The notes below the pieces were generated by a model. The model was not told where the DNA came from. It was given only the letters and a program-made list of their open reading frames with translations, and did not search any database. The translations under genes and the position numbers were made by a program. A stretch of DNA of 64,000 nucleotides, taken from Thalia democratica. Taxonomy: Eukaryota. Below, piece by piece: positions 28,006 to 39,733 of the stretch (positions within the stretch are counted from its first letter, which is position 1; each line of letters starts with the position of its first letter). Location: positions 9,982,001 through 10,046,000 of the forward strand of contig OZ241834.1 of the NCBI GenBank assembly GCA_965202585.1, written 5' to 3'.

Positions 28006-28789
28006 TTACAATATTATAGAGCTTTTTTTTCAAGTATTTATACTTGATTACTTGTGAAATATTGTATTTTCTTTTGTTTTCAGATTAGTTTTATTAGTTG
28101 CAAATTTTAAAATGTGCAATAATTAAAAAATACATTTTAGTTTTTTTTATAATTTCAATCTCATACCCTTAGTGCTGTTGTTATTTAGTTATTTTTTTAA
28201 ACATTAGAATGGTTATAAATACCAAAAGAACTAATCATTCAAAACAATGAACAACTATAATTTATGATGATTTTAAATTAAAATAAACTTAAGTTTAAAT
28301 TCGAAAATCTAGGTAGATACGTAATTTACAGATGCATCTTTACAGGGTAATACTGTGAAATTTACATTTTGCTTGTAAATGTAAATCATCATTATAAAAA
28401 ATAAAAGACTTTACAAAAGATTAAAAAAAACTATAAAGAAATAAACGGTAGAGTTTATATAACTATTTAACAAAATTTAACAGAAAAAAAAGTAGGTTAT
28501 CAAATTAAGTAAAATAAGTTTCCGTATTTAAATGCTTTAGAAAGTTAAAAATTGGACAGTTAAATCTTAAAAAAATAAAAAATAATAAGCTAATTGTAAA
28601 AAAATTTATCTGAAAAAGGATCTGAAAAATGTTATAAGTAGAAAAAGCAAATATAAAAACTGAGTACAAAAAATGGAAAAAATTGAATATCTTTTCTAAT
28701 TAGAATTAAAAGGAAAGTCTACTTTTTTTAATATCATTTAAGATGTAGTACTTTTTTAATAATTTTAAGAGCTGTTAAATTTAGTAATA

Positions 28790-29539
28790 CAGTGCTTCCT
28801 CGCTAAACCGGTCCTCGCTAATCCGGTTCTTCGCTAATCCGGCCGGTTTTAGTCGAGAAGTCGACTTATTTACTTTAGCGTTTTTAGCGTTTAATTTCAT
28901 TTTATTTCGAAAAAGTATTTAAAGATGATATTCAAAGATGGATGAGCTGCGATGGTCCTGGATATGAGCATATGGACGAGCAAGGAATTGTTGAACTGGT
29001 TACTGGGGATAACATAAAAGAGGCTGTTGAAGTTGTTGAAGATGAAATTTGTGTTTCCCAGCCTTCTAAGTGTCCATTTTCTTATGCTGAAGCCATGCAG
29101 AAAATGGACGATTACTTAGCTTACTATAGTTGCCAACCAGAAATCACACCTGAAGATGTGTAAAAACTCATCAAATTTCGTGAGTTTTCTGCTAAGAAAC
29201 GAGAAAGCACTGTAAAACAATCTTCCATTCTTTCTTTCTTTTTTTTTAATCTTAATTTAGTTAAAGTGTAACAGTGTAGTTTTTTTCCATTAATTTTGAA
29301 CTTATAAAATTTTGTTTCGTTTAGTTTTGTCTATTTTAATTCTTTTTTCTTTGAATAAAGTAAAATAAATTAAATTAACAGAAATTCTATAATATGTTTT
29401 GTTATATACATTCATAATATAACTAAGGTAGATAATTTGTAAAAAAAGCGATATTTTGTTCTTATCCGGCCAAAGGCAAATCCGGCCGTATTTTCAAAAA
29501 AATCTTGCCCAACTTGGCCGGATTAGCGAGGAAGCACTG
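28790..29539 (+). mobile_element. Tc1/mariner superfamily (pogo/Tigger-like) non-autonomous element with a transposase C-terminal remnant (28942-29163)
   Basis: TIR CAGTGCTTCCTCGCTAA at both ends, TA TSD at 28788-28789 and 29540-29541, subterminal tcgctaatccgg repeats. The ORF remnant MDEQGIVELV...FSYAEAMQKMDDYLAYY resembles pogo/Tigger transposase C-termini. Confidence 0.9.
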
Positions 29540-31010
29540 TAGTTTTATACTTCAACATAACCAACTACTAATTTTAGTAAAAGTAAAGTAAGTCAAACCA
29601 TTGAGATCCTCAGCAACAAGTTCTCAATATACTAGTACCTAAGTTTCGTTTTTATTAAGTTTCATGTCTTTTAAATATGTTTTACGAATTTTACTTTCAA
29701 AGTAAATTGAAAAAATAAGTAATCAAAATTCTAAGTAATAAAAAAATTATTTTTTTTCTTAAAGTAACTTTTGAGCTTTAAAACTTAATTCTTAAACTAA
29801 TGTTTTAAATTTATTAATTTGTCAATGATTTTAAACCAAACTATTTAAAACAAAAAACATTTTCAAATGAAAAGAAGGTTAAATTTTATGATTATTATCT
29901 AAGTTATTAATATCAACTTAAAATTAGAATATGATATCGTGGACCAGACGTTAAACTTCTATAGCTTTATTTGAAAACTACTTTTTGTATATTCTTTGTT
30001 TACAAAAATTTTGTGTTTATTTTGCATTTTAAAACTGCTTTAAATCAAAAATATAAATCAAAAGTAAAATTTTTAGCAAACTCTTCAAAGCCACATTTCT
30101 AAAATTTTTATTTGTACTGTTCAAATTAATTAAAACATATAGTTTAAACAGAATTCATTACGTTACATCTCAAATAATTGTAATTTAAATAGTAACTCTA
30201 GTGTTTATAACTTAATATTTTAATCAATTTAAGTTTTCATTTTTTCGGTAAAAGGTTAGCTGAGTATTTTTAATTTAAATTAAAAAGTAAATACATTACA
30301 TTTTAAGTATACATATTGATACTATGTAATTCTAGAAAAAAGTTGTAGAAAGACTCACTTAAAATGAAAAGATATAAATCAATAGTGAAGAAAATCTTTT
30401 TGAAACTTAAAGTAAACATAACTTTGATGTCTAAACAATTTTTAGTTTTTAGGATTTTTAGTGTGTTTTTTTTAAGTATATTAATTTTAAACTAAAAAAA
30501 TTAATTATGCATTTAAATTGTAAAATGATCAGGTCTTGCAGCAACTAATTATTACTTATAAGTTTTAATTGCGTTTTTAACTTACTAATATAAATCATCA
30601 TATTACACAGCAAAAAAAATCAGCTTTTTAGAATTATATAAAAATAAAATACTTGATATTTAGATAAGATCAATTTTTTACTTTGTGTAACTATTCTGTT
30701 AAATTAACTTTGTTTTAAAAACTTTGTTAAATAAGTGAATATTATATACAAAGTAAAATATTAGTAGTTATCATAGTTGCCATAAATTGGATGTTTTTAA
30801 TTCCAGATCAGGGTTGCACGAGTACTATTATTGACATGCAAACTGAACACAGGACTCTATATGTTAAAAATTGTGTAGATTTTGAAACTATGAAACTAAA
30901 TGTATAAACAGGATTTTCTTACCTAAAAATCTATAAGATTATTGACTATATAAAAAGTATAGTTATCAAATCGTAGTTTCAAAATAAACTCTTTTAATTC
31001 AGCAATTTAA

Positions 31011-34000
31011 TCATCTAAATGAATTCACCACTGATCTTACGTTTTCTACGCAATTAAAAACCATATTAGGATCATTATAAACAAAATTAATCAGTTTGTA
31101 TCCTCCGAAAGCCAACACTCCGAGTAGAACTCCTCCTAAAACCATGCCTTCGCGCTGCGCTTTCAACAAAAACTTGTCTGTTTCCATCAGTTCCTTGAGA
31201 ATTGCGCCTTTCTTGTTTTTGTGTGGAAACGGCGTGTCTGGGACTGGCACCCCTAAAAACTCGCACAGTGGCTTCCAACCTTTTTTGAAGTCCACAATGT
31301 GAAGTTTGTCTTTTGGAGCTTTCTGTGTATGATTATGTTGAGTGCTTTTTTTATAGGTTTTGGAAAAGTAAAAAGCTTTGTTTAACTTAATAATAAACAT
31401 TCCTTATTACATCATGTGTTTATTATAAGATTCTACTTTTTATAAGAAATTGAAACACAGAAAAAAAAAACTAATACATATAAGTTAAGGACGTAAAGCG
31501 GTCTACTAATTACTTAAAAAATTATTATATCTTTAATATTTAACATTTTGAAAGGTAAATTAAGGTGATTTTTTTCTAGTATTTCACTACAACCAACTAA
31601 AACAAATTAGAGCCGAATGACAGTGTAAGTTTATATTACAAAACTTCAAAAGTTCTAGGATGAGACTGAAATAAGTTTCAACTTTTATAAAAGCCTACTA
31701 ATATAATTTATTTAAAACTTTCATGTTTTTATTAAAAATATTAATAGTTAATTAAAACAACTATATAGTAAGAAACCATCCTTTTATTTTAACCTACTTT
31801 AAAGGATTCCTTTTATACGCAATAAATAAGAACAAATAACAGTATACAATGACAAACAAACCTCAAGAACATAAAATTAAAAATTGTTGCATAAAACTAC
31901 AATAAGTTATAACTTTTATAAAGCCTCTCTATTATGATTTATTTAAAATTGTTCTTTTTTTTAAACCTTAGTTTTTAATAAAACAACCATGTAATGGGAA
32001 ACAACAACTTTTAATCTACACTTTGTAAACGATGCCTTAATTATTTATAAGTAAGAACAAATAACAGTATACAATGACAAACAAACCTCAAGAACATAGG
32101 CATTGTGTTTTCTGTATGACTGTCTACATAAAAGTTCACTGTACTTACAACCACCGAACCAATGCTGTGTGAAATTTATTCCAAAACAAATCTTTCCTTA
32201 TAATATGTAAATAATAGTTTAATAAACTTAATTGAGCCTTTTAACTAAAAGAAACTATCTACAAATCACATGTCTTGTTTAAACAAAAGTATTTCGTAAA
32301 GTCAAACGATAAAAGCAGTAAAAGACAAAAATAATTTATCCTGCGCTTCTTTTTAAAAGTAGTACTAGTTTTTAAAGGTATGAAGTAAAAAAAAGATTTA
32401 TGTTAAAAAAACAGCTTATGTTCAGTTTGACATAAAAAATTTATGGAGTGTAAAACATGAATGAATAGTATTTATTAAATTTTGTACCATTTACTTACTT
32501 GCTTTATCTAAGTTAATTGCCTTAAATAAAATATTTAAAAAAAACCTATTTTAAGACCATAACGATTCATGAGCCACAGTCTTGGTGAGATCATCATTAT
32601 AAGTGTAACTAAAGGATGGGTTTGAACTTGAAGCTGTTTGTCAAAACTTTTAAACCATTCATCTTCAGTAGCACGTTGTCCAAATATTATCTAAACAGTT
32701 TTTGTACTAATTTAGAAAATCAAATTCTACATATTTTCATTGAAAAGTGTGTTTAAAAGTATATTTCAAATAACTTAAGGGTATATTTAAACTTTTTGTA
32801 AACAAAAAAATTGTGTGCGTAGTAATACATAAAAAACAAATATTTCCAGGGAGATATATCGCTTATCTGTAGAAAAAGTAATTTACGCAAAAAAATATAT
32901 ATAACTGTAACAAAATATGCATTTTGTTGTATTTTAAATGACCGCAAAGGGACGTTAGACGATTTTATATCAAATTACACAACAAAACTTTAAAAATGTT
33001 TGTTATAATTAGTGATGTACCGGACTCACTATCTGGGTCCGGGTCCGGCCGGATAGCCATTTTTATCTGATATCCGGATCCGGCCGGACCCTAATTTGAA
33101 AAAAAAGTCCGGATCCGGTTCCGGTCGGATTCTAATTTGAAAAAAAAGTCCGGATCCGGTTCCGGCCGGATTCTAATTTGAAAAAAAAGTCCGGACCCGG
33201 ATCTAGTTAGTAGAAAAGAGCATACTGAAAAGTATTTTTTCAAAAACAAACCCTGTGTAAATTAATAAGAGTCATTTTTGTCAGTTAAAATTAAACACCT
33301 ACCGTGATTGGCTCATTTTGTACACGTGACTAATTTACATTTGTTTACATTTAAACTTTGAAATAAACATTTCAGAAATGCAACTCTTTACATTTGTGGT
33401 AAAATTGAAAACTTTAGAATGAATACTTGCATAATTTATTGGTTAAAGTTGAGCTCAGAGAATATTTAGAGTTAATACGGTTGAATGTACGAGCCAATGA
33501 GAATCATATGACGAAATGTTTCAAACTAAATACTGATGCAACAAAACATCAGAACACGACAGGCAGTTTATATGTAAGCAGTTAGTTAGTTTGGTGTGCA
33601 GCTTGAAGCAACAAAATATCTTGAACTTTTTTGTGAAATTTTGTGATAAGTGAATATTTCAACTGGTGTTTTATTGTTTTAATATTTAAGCCAGGTTTAT
33701 AGTTTAAATAGTTTATTAAAAATTTTACAGTATCTTGTTTACTAAAATTTTTATTTAATTTTTAGTTTATTGTTTTAAGTCTTTTGATATAGATTTAAAT
33801 AGCTTCCAGTTTTTAAAGTGTTACCAAAGTAATTAATAATTTTGTATATGCTAGTATTTCTTGTTGTATTTTATATAAAAGATTCATCACTCAAAACTGT
33901 CGTGTCTGATTATAGAAAGTAGTCTCAGTTAGAATTTAGTATTTGTTAGATATTAATTAAATAAGGTAGGATTTAATGATGATCGGTAGTACTAATAAGT

Positions 34001-35934
34001 AAAGTGTACCACAATCAGTCCACAACTTTACTACCAAATTGTCAACCTTTACTAGCTGTTCTACTGATTATTAGATTAAAGTAATTTTTTCAGTTTTTTA
34101 AAACCTCATTCTGACTCAGGCTTGTTTATACTCACTCTAGCTAGTTTTATTGACTAAAACAGTGGCAACTCTGCTAGTTTGAAAAATTTTAGGAATGTTA
34201 GGAAATCTTGGACTGCCTCAAAGCTAGTTTAGTTTTTTTAAAAAGTTCAGGCTAGTTTTCTTTTAAATTTTGAATGAGTTTGAGCTTATCCAGTTTTCAA
34301 TATTTGGTAATTTTCTAGTATATTTGGTTCAAGAACTTGATTTCAGATTTTTAGTTGTAAATAAAACCTAAATTTTTAAACCTTGTGGCTAGCTGTTCTA
34401 CTTATTATTAGATTAAAGTTCTTTTTTTTTCTCATTCTGACTCAGGCTAGTTTATACTAGTGATGTACCGGACTCACTATCCGGGTCCGGGTCCGGCCGG
34501 ATATTGCCATTTTTGTCTGATATCCGGATCCGGCCGGATTCTAATTTGAAAAAAAAGTCCGGATCCGGTTCCGGCCGGATTCTAATTTGAAAAAAAAGTC
34601 TGGATCCGGTTCCGGCCGGATTCTAATTTGAAAAAAAAGTCCGGGTCCGGTTCCGGCCGGATTCTAACTTGAAAAAAAAGTCCGGATCCGGGTCCGGTAC
34701 ATCACTAGTTATAATGCTCATTAGCCTGTAGCTCGTGCACTACGCGCAGCTCGATATGTTGTTCGTTATTTTTGTTTTTGGCTCAGTTAGCCATAAGATC
34801 GTGCAAAAAGCACACTAATTTTAAGAACTTAAGACACTGATTGAATTTAAGAACTTTGTTATGATTGTCATTTTATAAGAACTTTATGTTTATTTGTATT
34901 ACTGTATTGTAATCTGCTCAGTTAAGCCATAAGACCGTGCGAGACGCACACGAAATTATTATAAGAACTTTTTTATTATTTTCGTTCTATAAGATCTTGA
35001 TGCTTATTTGCGTTATTGTGTTATATTGTGCTTAGTTTAACCATCGTTGTTCATGAAGCACGATATATATGAAGACTCTGTATTATTAGTACTTTTATTA
35101 GTAAGAACTATTTTAGTATTTAAGATTTTAAACACTTTAAGAACATTTCTATTTGTAGAACTTTGTTTTTATTTGTTGTGTTTATATTCGCAGTTTTATT
35201 CAACTGATTTATTAGCTGCTTTATCATTTCTACTTCCTAATTTTCACATTAACATCACGTTTTGAATAAACTCACTTCATTAAAAAAATTATATATATTA
35301 AGCTTATTACATACTTATTAACTACTAAGTTAAACCTAATGAGTAAGGTAAATTCAGTAAAAATCTCAAAGCTAAACGCGCTAAGTGTTTAGCACAAAAA
35401 GGGGACTTCCCCCAATTAAAGGTAGTTCCTACCTCAGGTCCTCTAGGACTACATAATTACTTCCTAAAAGTGGACGATATTGTCTCTAAAATTAGCCATT
35501 ACTAATTTTAAATACTTTTTTCTCACTGTTTATGGCAAACTTACAACACTCAGAGAGTTTTTAACTTCTTTTTTAAAATTATAATGAAGAAGGTAAAGCA
35601 TATGTACTTCATAAGTTTTTTTTTAATTTAATGAAAGCAAAATAATAGTTTTTTTTACATAAAAAACTAAATTTTTATTTACTTTAGCTTCAGGGAATGC
35701 TTCGTGTATATCTTCCCAAAAAACACAACCAGGTACGTCCATTATTGCATCAACATCTTCAAACATCCTTCGAAAATCTTCAACTGATCCACCTTGGTCG
35801 AAAATCTTTTGCCACTCGTCCCCAAGATAAACATAGTTTTCAATGTAGTCATAACATTTAAAACCTAGCTCAGTCAGAGCTGCATTGATGGTTTTAGTTC
35901 CTGTTTTCGGAAAACCAGCGTATATAACTTTCAT
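31011..35934 (-). CDS. P-loop sulfotransferase (Sulfotransfer_4-like), copy A, 272 aa, with C-terminal hydrophobic anchor
   Basis: Exons 35683-35934, 32546-32690, 32087-32196, 31011-31322 (819 nt, phases 0/1/0). N-terminal PAPS-binding loop KVIYAGFPKTGT, DVP..F.E..EAFP.AK, and C-terminal GWKPLCEFLGVPVPDTPFPHKN are typical of this family. TM-like segment GMVLGGVLLGVLAFGGYKLI. Confidence 0.88.
33010..34707. mobile_element. Composite hAT element: truncated MITE (33010-33203) + about 1.25 kb cargo + complete MITE (34458-34707)
   Basis: 15-bp TIR TAGTGATGTACCGGA at 33010, 34458 and (reverse) 34707. The 8-bp TSD GTTATAAT flanks the whole unit (33002-33009, 34708-34715). Both MITE copies contain 41-bp tandem repeats (ccggccggattctaatttgaaaaaaaagtccggatccggtt). 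Confidence 0.88.
33290..33520. promoter_or_regulatory. Promoter-like cargo with CCAAT boxes and an E-box
   Basis: gattggct (about 33307), cacgtgac (about 33322), tattggtt (about 33438), agccaatga (about 33492). Motif-only evidence. Confidence 0.35.
34708..35279. mobile_element. Possible solo LTR (would start TGTTATAAT at 33001, interrupted by the composite hAT element)
   Basis: TG start; internal direct repeats (gctcagtta(a)gccataaga-cgtgc twice; many taagaac); AATAAA then CA near 35279. Absent from the paralogous intron. No TSD confirmed. Confidence 0.35.
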
Positions 35935-38201
35935 GGTTGCTATGTACTACTAAGTTGATAAGCGCCTAAAATAAATTTTAATTAATTATTTGATATAAAT
36001 AATCTATTTAAATCTTTGTTTTTAATCAAGCTATAAAGCCATTTCATAATATTATATGTACTCAGAACAAAGTTTAAAATGAAAGCTGACTATAAAAAAG
36101 AAAAAATTGTTTTTATAGTAATTTTTAGATTGAATGTACTACGGCTAAAGGTTATAATTTTAAAAGAAAAAACAGTTTTAAACATACGTTATAAAACTTT
36201 ATACATATTTGATTTACATTGTAGCCATTTACAATTTTTTTTTATAAAATATTTGAAATTTTAACTGCAATCTATGTTCATAATGAAATTAACTTGAGGA
36301 TAAACACACTTTTCATCATCTTTAAAAACAAGTTTTATCTTTTGCTAAAACTTATACCAATAAATTATACATCAAATAGCTACATTAATGCATAAATTCT
36401 TCTCAGGTAATGTTGAACTTGCTTTCTATAAAACTAAAACTTAAATAGTCTTTGCTGGTTTTAAATAAGTTACCAACTTGGTTTTTAAGAAACTGTTTTT
36501 ATTGTCTATCTAAACTTTCTATTATCTTATATTAAATACGTGAAAACTTTAATTTAATCTCATTAACTTATCACTATTTTGACTTTGTTTAAATGACTGA
36601 ACAAAGAAACTTTATTGCAATATTTTTGAGTTCAAAGCTACTATTGGTAAATAATTTACTTTGCTATGTTCACATTTCTTTCTCTCTTTATTTACTGTTT
36701 ACTGTTTGCTTTGTCAAAATTAAAATAGAATTTCAATTAGTTTAATATTTGTAAAAATACTTTAATAGTTTAAAAATTAAGTAAAACTTAATTTTTTAAT
36801 AATAGAATTTTTATTTATATGTTTTTCTTATTATTATATATTTTTTTAATTAGTTTTGCTATTTTAAGTATTAAAAGAAGAGTGAATTATTATAAATAAG
36901 ATTATATAAACTCGACGTATTTAAAACTATAAATGAATAATATTTGTAAATGTTTTATCTTAAATAAAAAGGTGAATAACTAGTTACGTGATAGCAGTTA
37001 ACCATCAATTATTCGTGAATTTGAATTGAATTAGCTGTTATAAACAACTTCAGTAAACAATAACAGTTTTTATTCAAATTCTTGTAGTTTTGTTTTGAAT
37101 GCAAAAAAACATTTGCTTGTTTCAAACATATTTAAACAATAATTTTAATATTTTATTAAGATTTTATTATGATAATCTTTAAAGTTTTCTTATTTAAGCG
37201 TCTGAGAACATTGTTTGATTAATATACTTTTAAATCTTTTGTAGTGCGACAAGTTATTACAAACTAGCTGACTTTTTTATGCTTACACAACTAACACCAT
37301 GCTTATCTAAAACTTTATACAATTATTTATTTTATTTATCAAAAAGAGTCGGAAGTATGTTTGAATTTAGTGAAAAATAACTTTATACTTATATTACTTG
37401 TTGTCGATAAAAACTCCATTATCTTTTTAAATTTTTATTTTTAAACTTATCTTAACTTGAGTTATAGCAAATGTGAAAACTTTATGTATTAATGGCAAGG
37501 GTTAAGTGTTAAGAAAGATAAAACTTATTCTGATTTCAACGTTATACATAAGTTTAGAATTTTAAGTACTATGTTTTTTTTAACAAATTTTTCTGAACAA
37601 TTTAAGTGTTAATAGGTATTAATAACAATCAAAGATTTATTGAAGTAATTAATGCATATAAATTTAATTTTTTCTAGTAGGTAAAACCTAATCAGTTGAT
37701 TTGTGACATTTTCTAAATATATTAGTATATAATATTATTGAATTATTTTTTAAGTAAATTAAAAAATAATTCACTCTTGCATCGGTCAATATTATTTGAA
37801 TTAATTTTATTAATATCACAAGTTTTGTTCATAAAAACAGAATACTTTTCACCGAAATTAATTTTTGATCAGAATTAAAAAGTATTTTATTATTCACGAA
37901 AATTGTGATTTAACTTTGTAAAGCAAGTAACTAAATTTTTTTTAGTAAATAAAACCTAATCCATCGATTTTCCACATTTTGTTGAAAATGTAACTAATTA
38001 ACATTATCTCTAAATTTTCATATTTACATAGACAATTAGTAGAGGTAAATAATGCCTTGTGTATTTTGCGTTGATCGATATTACTTAAACTAGTTTTAAT
38101 ATTACCACAATTTCTATTTCTAGAAGTCAGAATACATACTCAAACAAGTTCACAAGCATTATGAATAGTTTATTGATTACAAACGATTTTTTCAAATAAT
38201 T

Positions 38202-39351
38202 TTACTGTGGCTTGGACACGCGGGACATGGTGTGCCCGTTGTAAGTAATTTTCTCATGCAGTTTTCCACCGGACATTTCCAGTTGCAGCAGATAGTTGCT
38301 TCCTTTGCACACAACTTTACCCCCATCTATTTCTGGTTTCACCTAAAATATTGAAAACTGTTAACTTTTGTATTTGTGTTTTACAAACAAAAATTCCCAT
38401 ATTTTTAACAATAATTCTTAATATAAGTAACTTTAACTGTTTAAAATATATGTAAGAAAAGTCAACAATTACTAATCAAAAAAACAATGGTTTAAAAGTC
38501 TAAGTTCTATTGCTCCATACTGTCTATATTTAGTATATACATTTTTACATTTCTTAATTCTTTTAGCTCTCAATATATGGCTAATAATATATTCTTAAAG
38601 TATTAGAATTGGGTCATACAAATTTAGAAGAAATAGAAACTGCTTTGAAATGATTTTTGTTGCTGTTTGTAAACAATGCAATGACTTTATAATAGTTTTA
38701 AATGTTTAAATACTTTTTATTAAAGCATTCAAACAAAAATCTTACCGTAACTTTTTCTCCCTTGATATTCTCAAGTTCACAATCTTTACCAATGGTCAGG
38801 GTGTTGGTGACAGTTTTGTATGGGCGAACTCTTGACATTATAATATTGTCACCACTCTTGCTTATTTCAGTCACTACGTTCACATTGCGTCCTTTTTCGA
38901 TGTACTCATCTGGAACACCTACCAGTAAAAAAACAATTTTATTTATCTAATTATAGTACTATTACTTATAACTTTTTATTAAATTTCGTTTAACGTTTTT
39001 TATAACATTATAAAGTGTTAAAACTAAGAAAATTTTAATTAAACTGGTTTTATAAAGTACTTTCTTTTATTACTTTAATAAAAACATTATTGTTGCTTGA
39101 ATCAACGTTTTGTCTTAGAAAATTACAATGAAAACAATTTTTTTTTTATTAAATAAAGAAAACTATCTTTGAAGTAAAACAGTTAGTAAAAAATATAAAT
39201 ATTAATAAACTATTGTTTCGATATTTAGTTTTCAGAAACTACATCAACACAAACAATATTTACGATTACAATACAAACCTACTCCCTTCATAAAACCGTC
39301 ATAATTATCTCTCGACTCAACAACAAATTTTCCGACAAAAGCATCAACCAT
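38202..39351 (-). CDS. Fatty acid-binding protein (FABP1/6/10-like subgroup), copy A, 128 aa
   Basis: Exons 39279-39351 (73 nt), 38746-38918 (173 nt), 38202-38342 (141 nt): MVDAFVGKFVVESRDNYDGFMKGVGVPDEYIEKGRNV...TLTIGKDCELENIKGEKVTVKPEIDGGKVV...HTMSRVSKPQ. Has the FABP N-terminal signature, and the first two intron positions match vertebrate FABP genes. Confidence 0.92.
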
Positions 39352-39656
39352 CTTGAAAAAAAATAGCGTCATCAGTGTTTTGTGGTCATTATAAAAGAAC
39401 ATGTTTAATATACTTTAGTAAATCAAAAATGAATTAGTAATTTAGTTAAATGTTGTTTGTTTTTTATTATCTATCGCCTTATTGCTTTTTATAGCTAGTT
39501 TTAAAAATAGCTACAACACCTTGTTCAATAAGTTGAATAAGTAAATTAATAGTAAAGCAAAAACATCTACCAAAGATTAAATAAGACTTACCTTTTTATT
39601 TTAGTTAACCTTGTAAAGTTTCAACATTAAATGATGTAGTTTTGAAATCACTTGTC

Positions 39657-39733
39657 CTTTTATACTTAAAGAGCTAAAACTTTTAGTATTTTTCCGTTAC
39701 ATATCTGTTACAGTGTTTACACAGTCGTTATCT
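39657..39733 (-). promoter_or_regulatory. Putative FABP-A promoter: GATA + forkhead site + TATA
   Basis: Minus-strand AGATAAcgacTGTGTAAACA (39714-39733) and TATAAAAG (39657-39664); a 5' UTR exon donor (gtaagt) lies at 39591. Confidence 0.45.

Noticed and set aside
33080-34690. 41-bp tandem repeats as a CRISPR array
   Set aside because: The units are contiguous with no unique spacers, lie inside TIR-bounded MITEs, and the context is eukaryotic.
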